A stretch of DNA of 63,751 nucleotides, the filler included, from Lama guanicoe (lineage: Eukaryota): NCBI GenBank assembly GCA_013239625.1. It is 167 parts of 167 records of this genome, joined end to end, with 100 filler letters (N's around TTAATTAATTAA, not from the genome) between each part and the next. Parts side by side here need not be neighbours in the genome. Positions count along the whole stretch, not along the records: positions 63,469 to 63,751 come from PNXV01052902.1; 166 more parts are not named here. One strand, written 5' to 3'. Positions 63,469-63,751 of the stretch are shown here, piece after piece. A program made the position numbers and the translations under genes. Every line of letters starts with the position of its first letter. Positions within the stretch are counted from its first letter, which is position 1. The notes beneath the pieces are model-generated. The model did no database searches. It had not been told where the DNA came from and saw nothing but the letters and a program-made list of their open reading frames with translations.

Positions 63469-63751
63469 CTTTGTTGTGCAAAAGCTTTTAAGTTTAATTA
63501 GGTCCCATTTAAAAATTTTTGCTTTCATTTTCTTTGCTTTAGGAGACAGATTCAAAAAAATGTTGCTGTAATTTATGTCAAAAAGTACTCTGCCTATGTT
63601 TTCCTCTAGGAGTTTTATAGTAGCTGGTCTTACACTTAGGTCCTTAATCTATTTTGAATTTATTTTTGTGTATGGTGTTAGAGAACATTTTAATATTATT
63701 TTTTTTATATGTAGCTGTCCAGTTTTCCCAGCACCACTTATTGAAGAGACT
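63469..63751 (-). mobile_element. L1 ORF2 fragment
   Basis: tgtgcaaaagcttttaagtttaattaggtcccattt...gctgtccagttttcccagcaccacttattgaagagact. Confidence 0.93.

Noticed and set aside
61554..63751. Three nearby contigs overlapping in sequence
   Set aside because: They are diverged copies of the same L1 ORF2 region from different insertions, as expected for an abundant repeat

Overview
This window is not a contiguous locus. It is an artificial 'chrUn'-style concatenation of about 167 unrelated tiny contigs, nearly all 282-283 bp. They are joined by an identical 100-bp linker, N44-TTAATTAATTAA-N44, whose palindromic core places a TAA stop in all six frames. ORFs in the track ending in X...LIN are therefore artefacts, and adjacency between fragments means nothing. 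The DNA is mammalian, very probably camelid, based on tRNA-Ala-derived Vic-1-like SINEs and an [12 protein letters not shown] Ig lambda V. Most fragments are repeats (L1, L2, MIR, MER20/MER5A, MaLR/MER21/ERV1 LTRs, ERV pro and pol, satellites) or anonymous non-coding DNA. Recognisable gene pieces are a TRAV18-like V exon, an IGLV3-type pseudogene, OR9G- and OR5M-like olfactory receptor fragments, an OR6C-like pseudogene, an OGFOD3 retrocopy, exons of ATP10D, a gamma-crystallin and OTOF, and a very GC-rich TRIM75/60-like PRY-SPRY segment. No multi-gene novel system can be supported here. The best leads are compensating frameshifts in the alternatively spliced 60-nt OTOF segment, the GC-shifted TRIM, possible APOBEC-type G-to-A editing in an ERV RT, and three satellite families. 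Gene names come from recalled protein sequences, not from searches.
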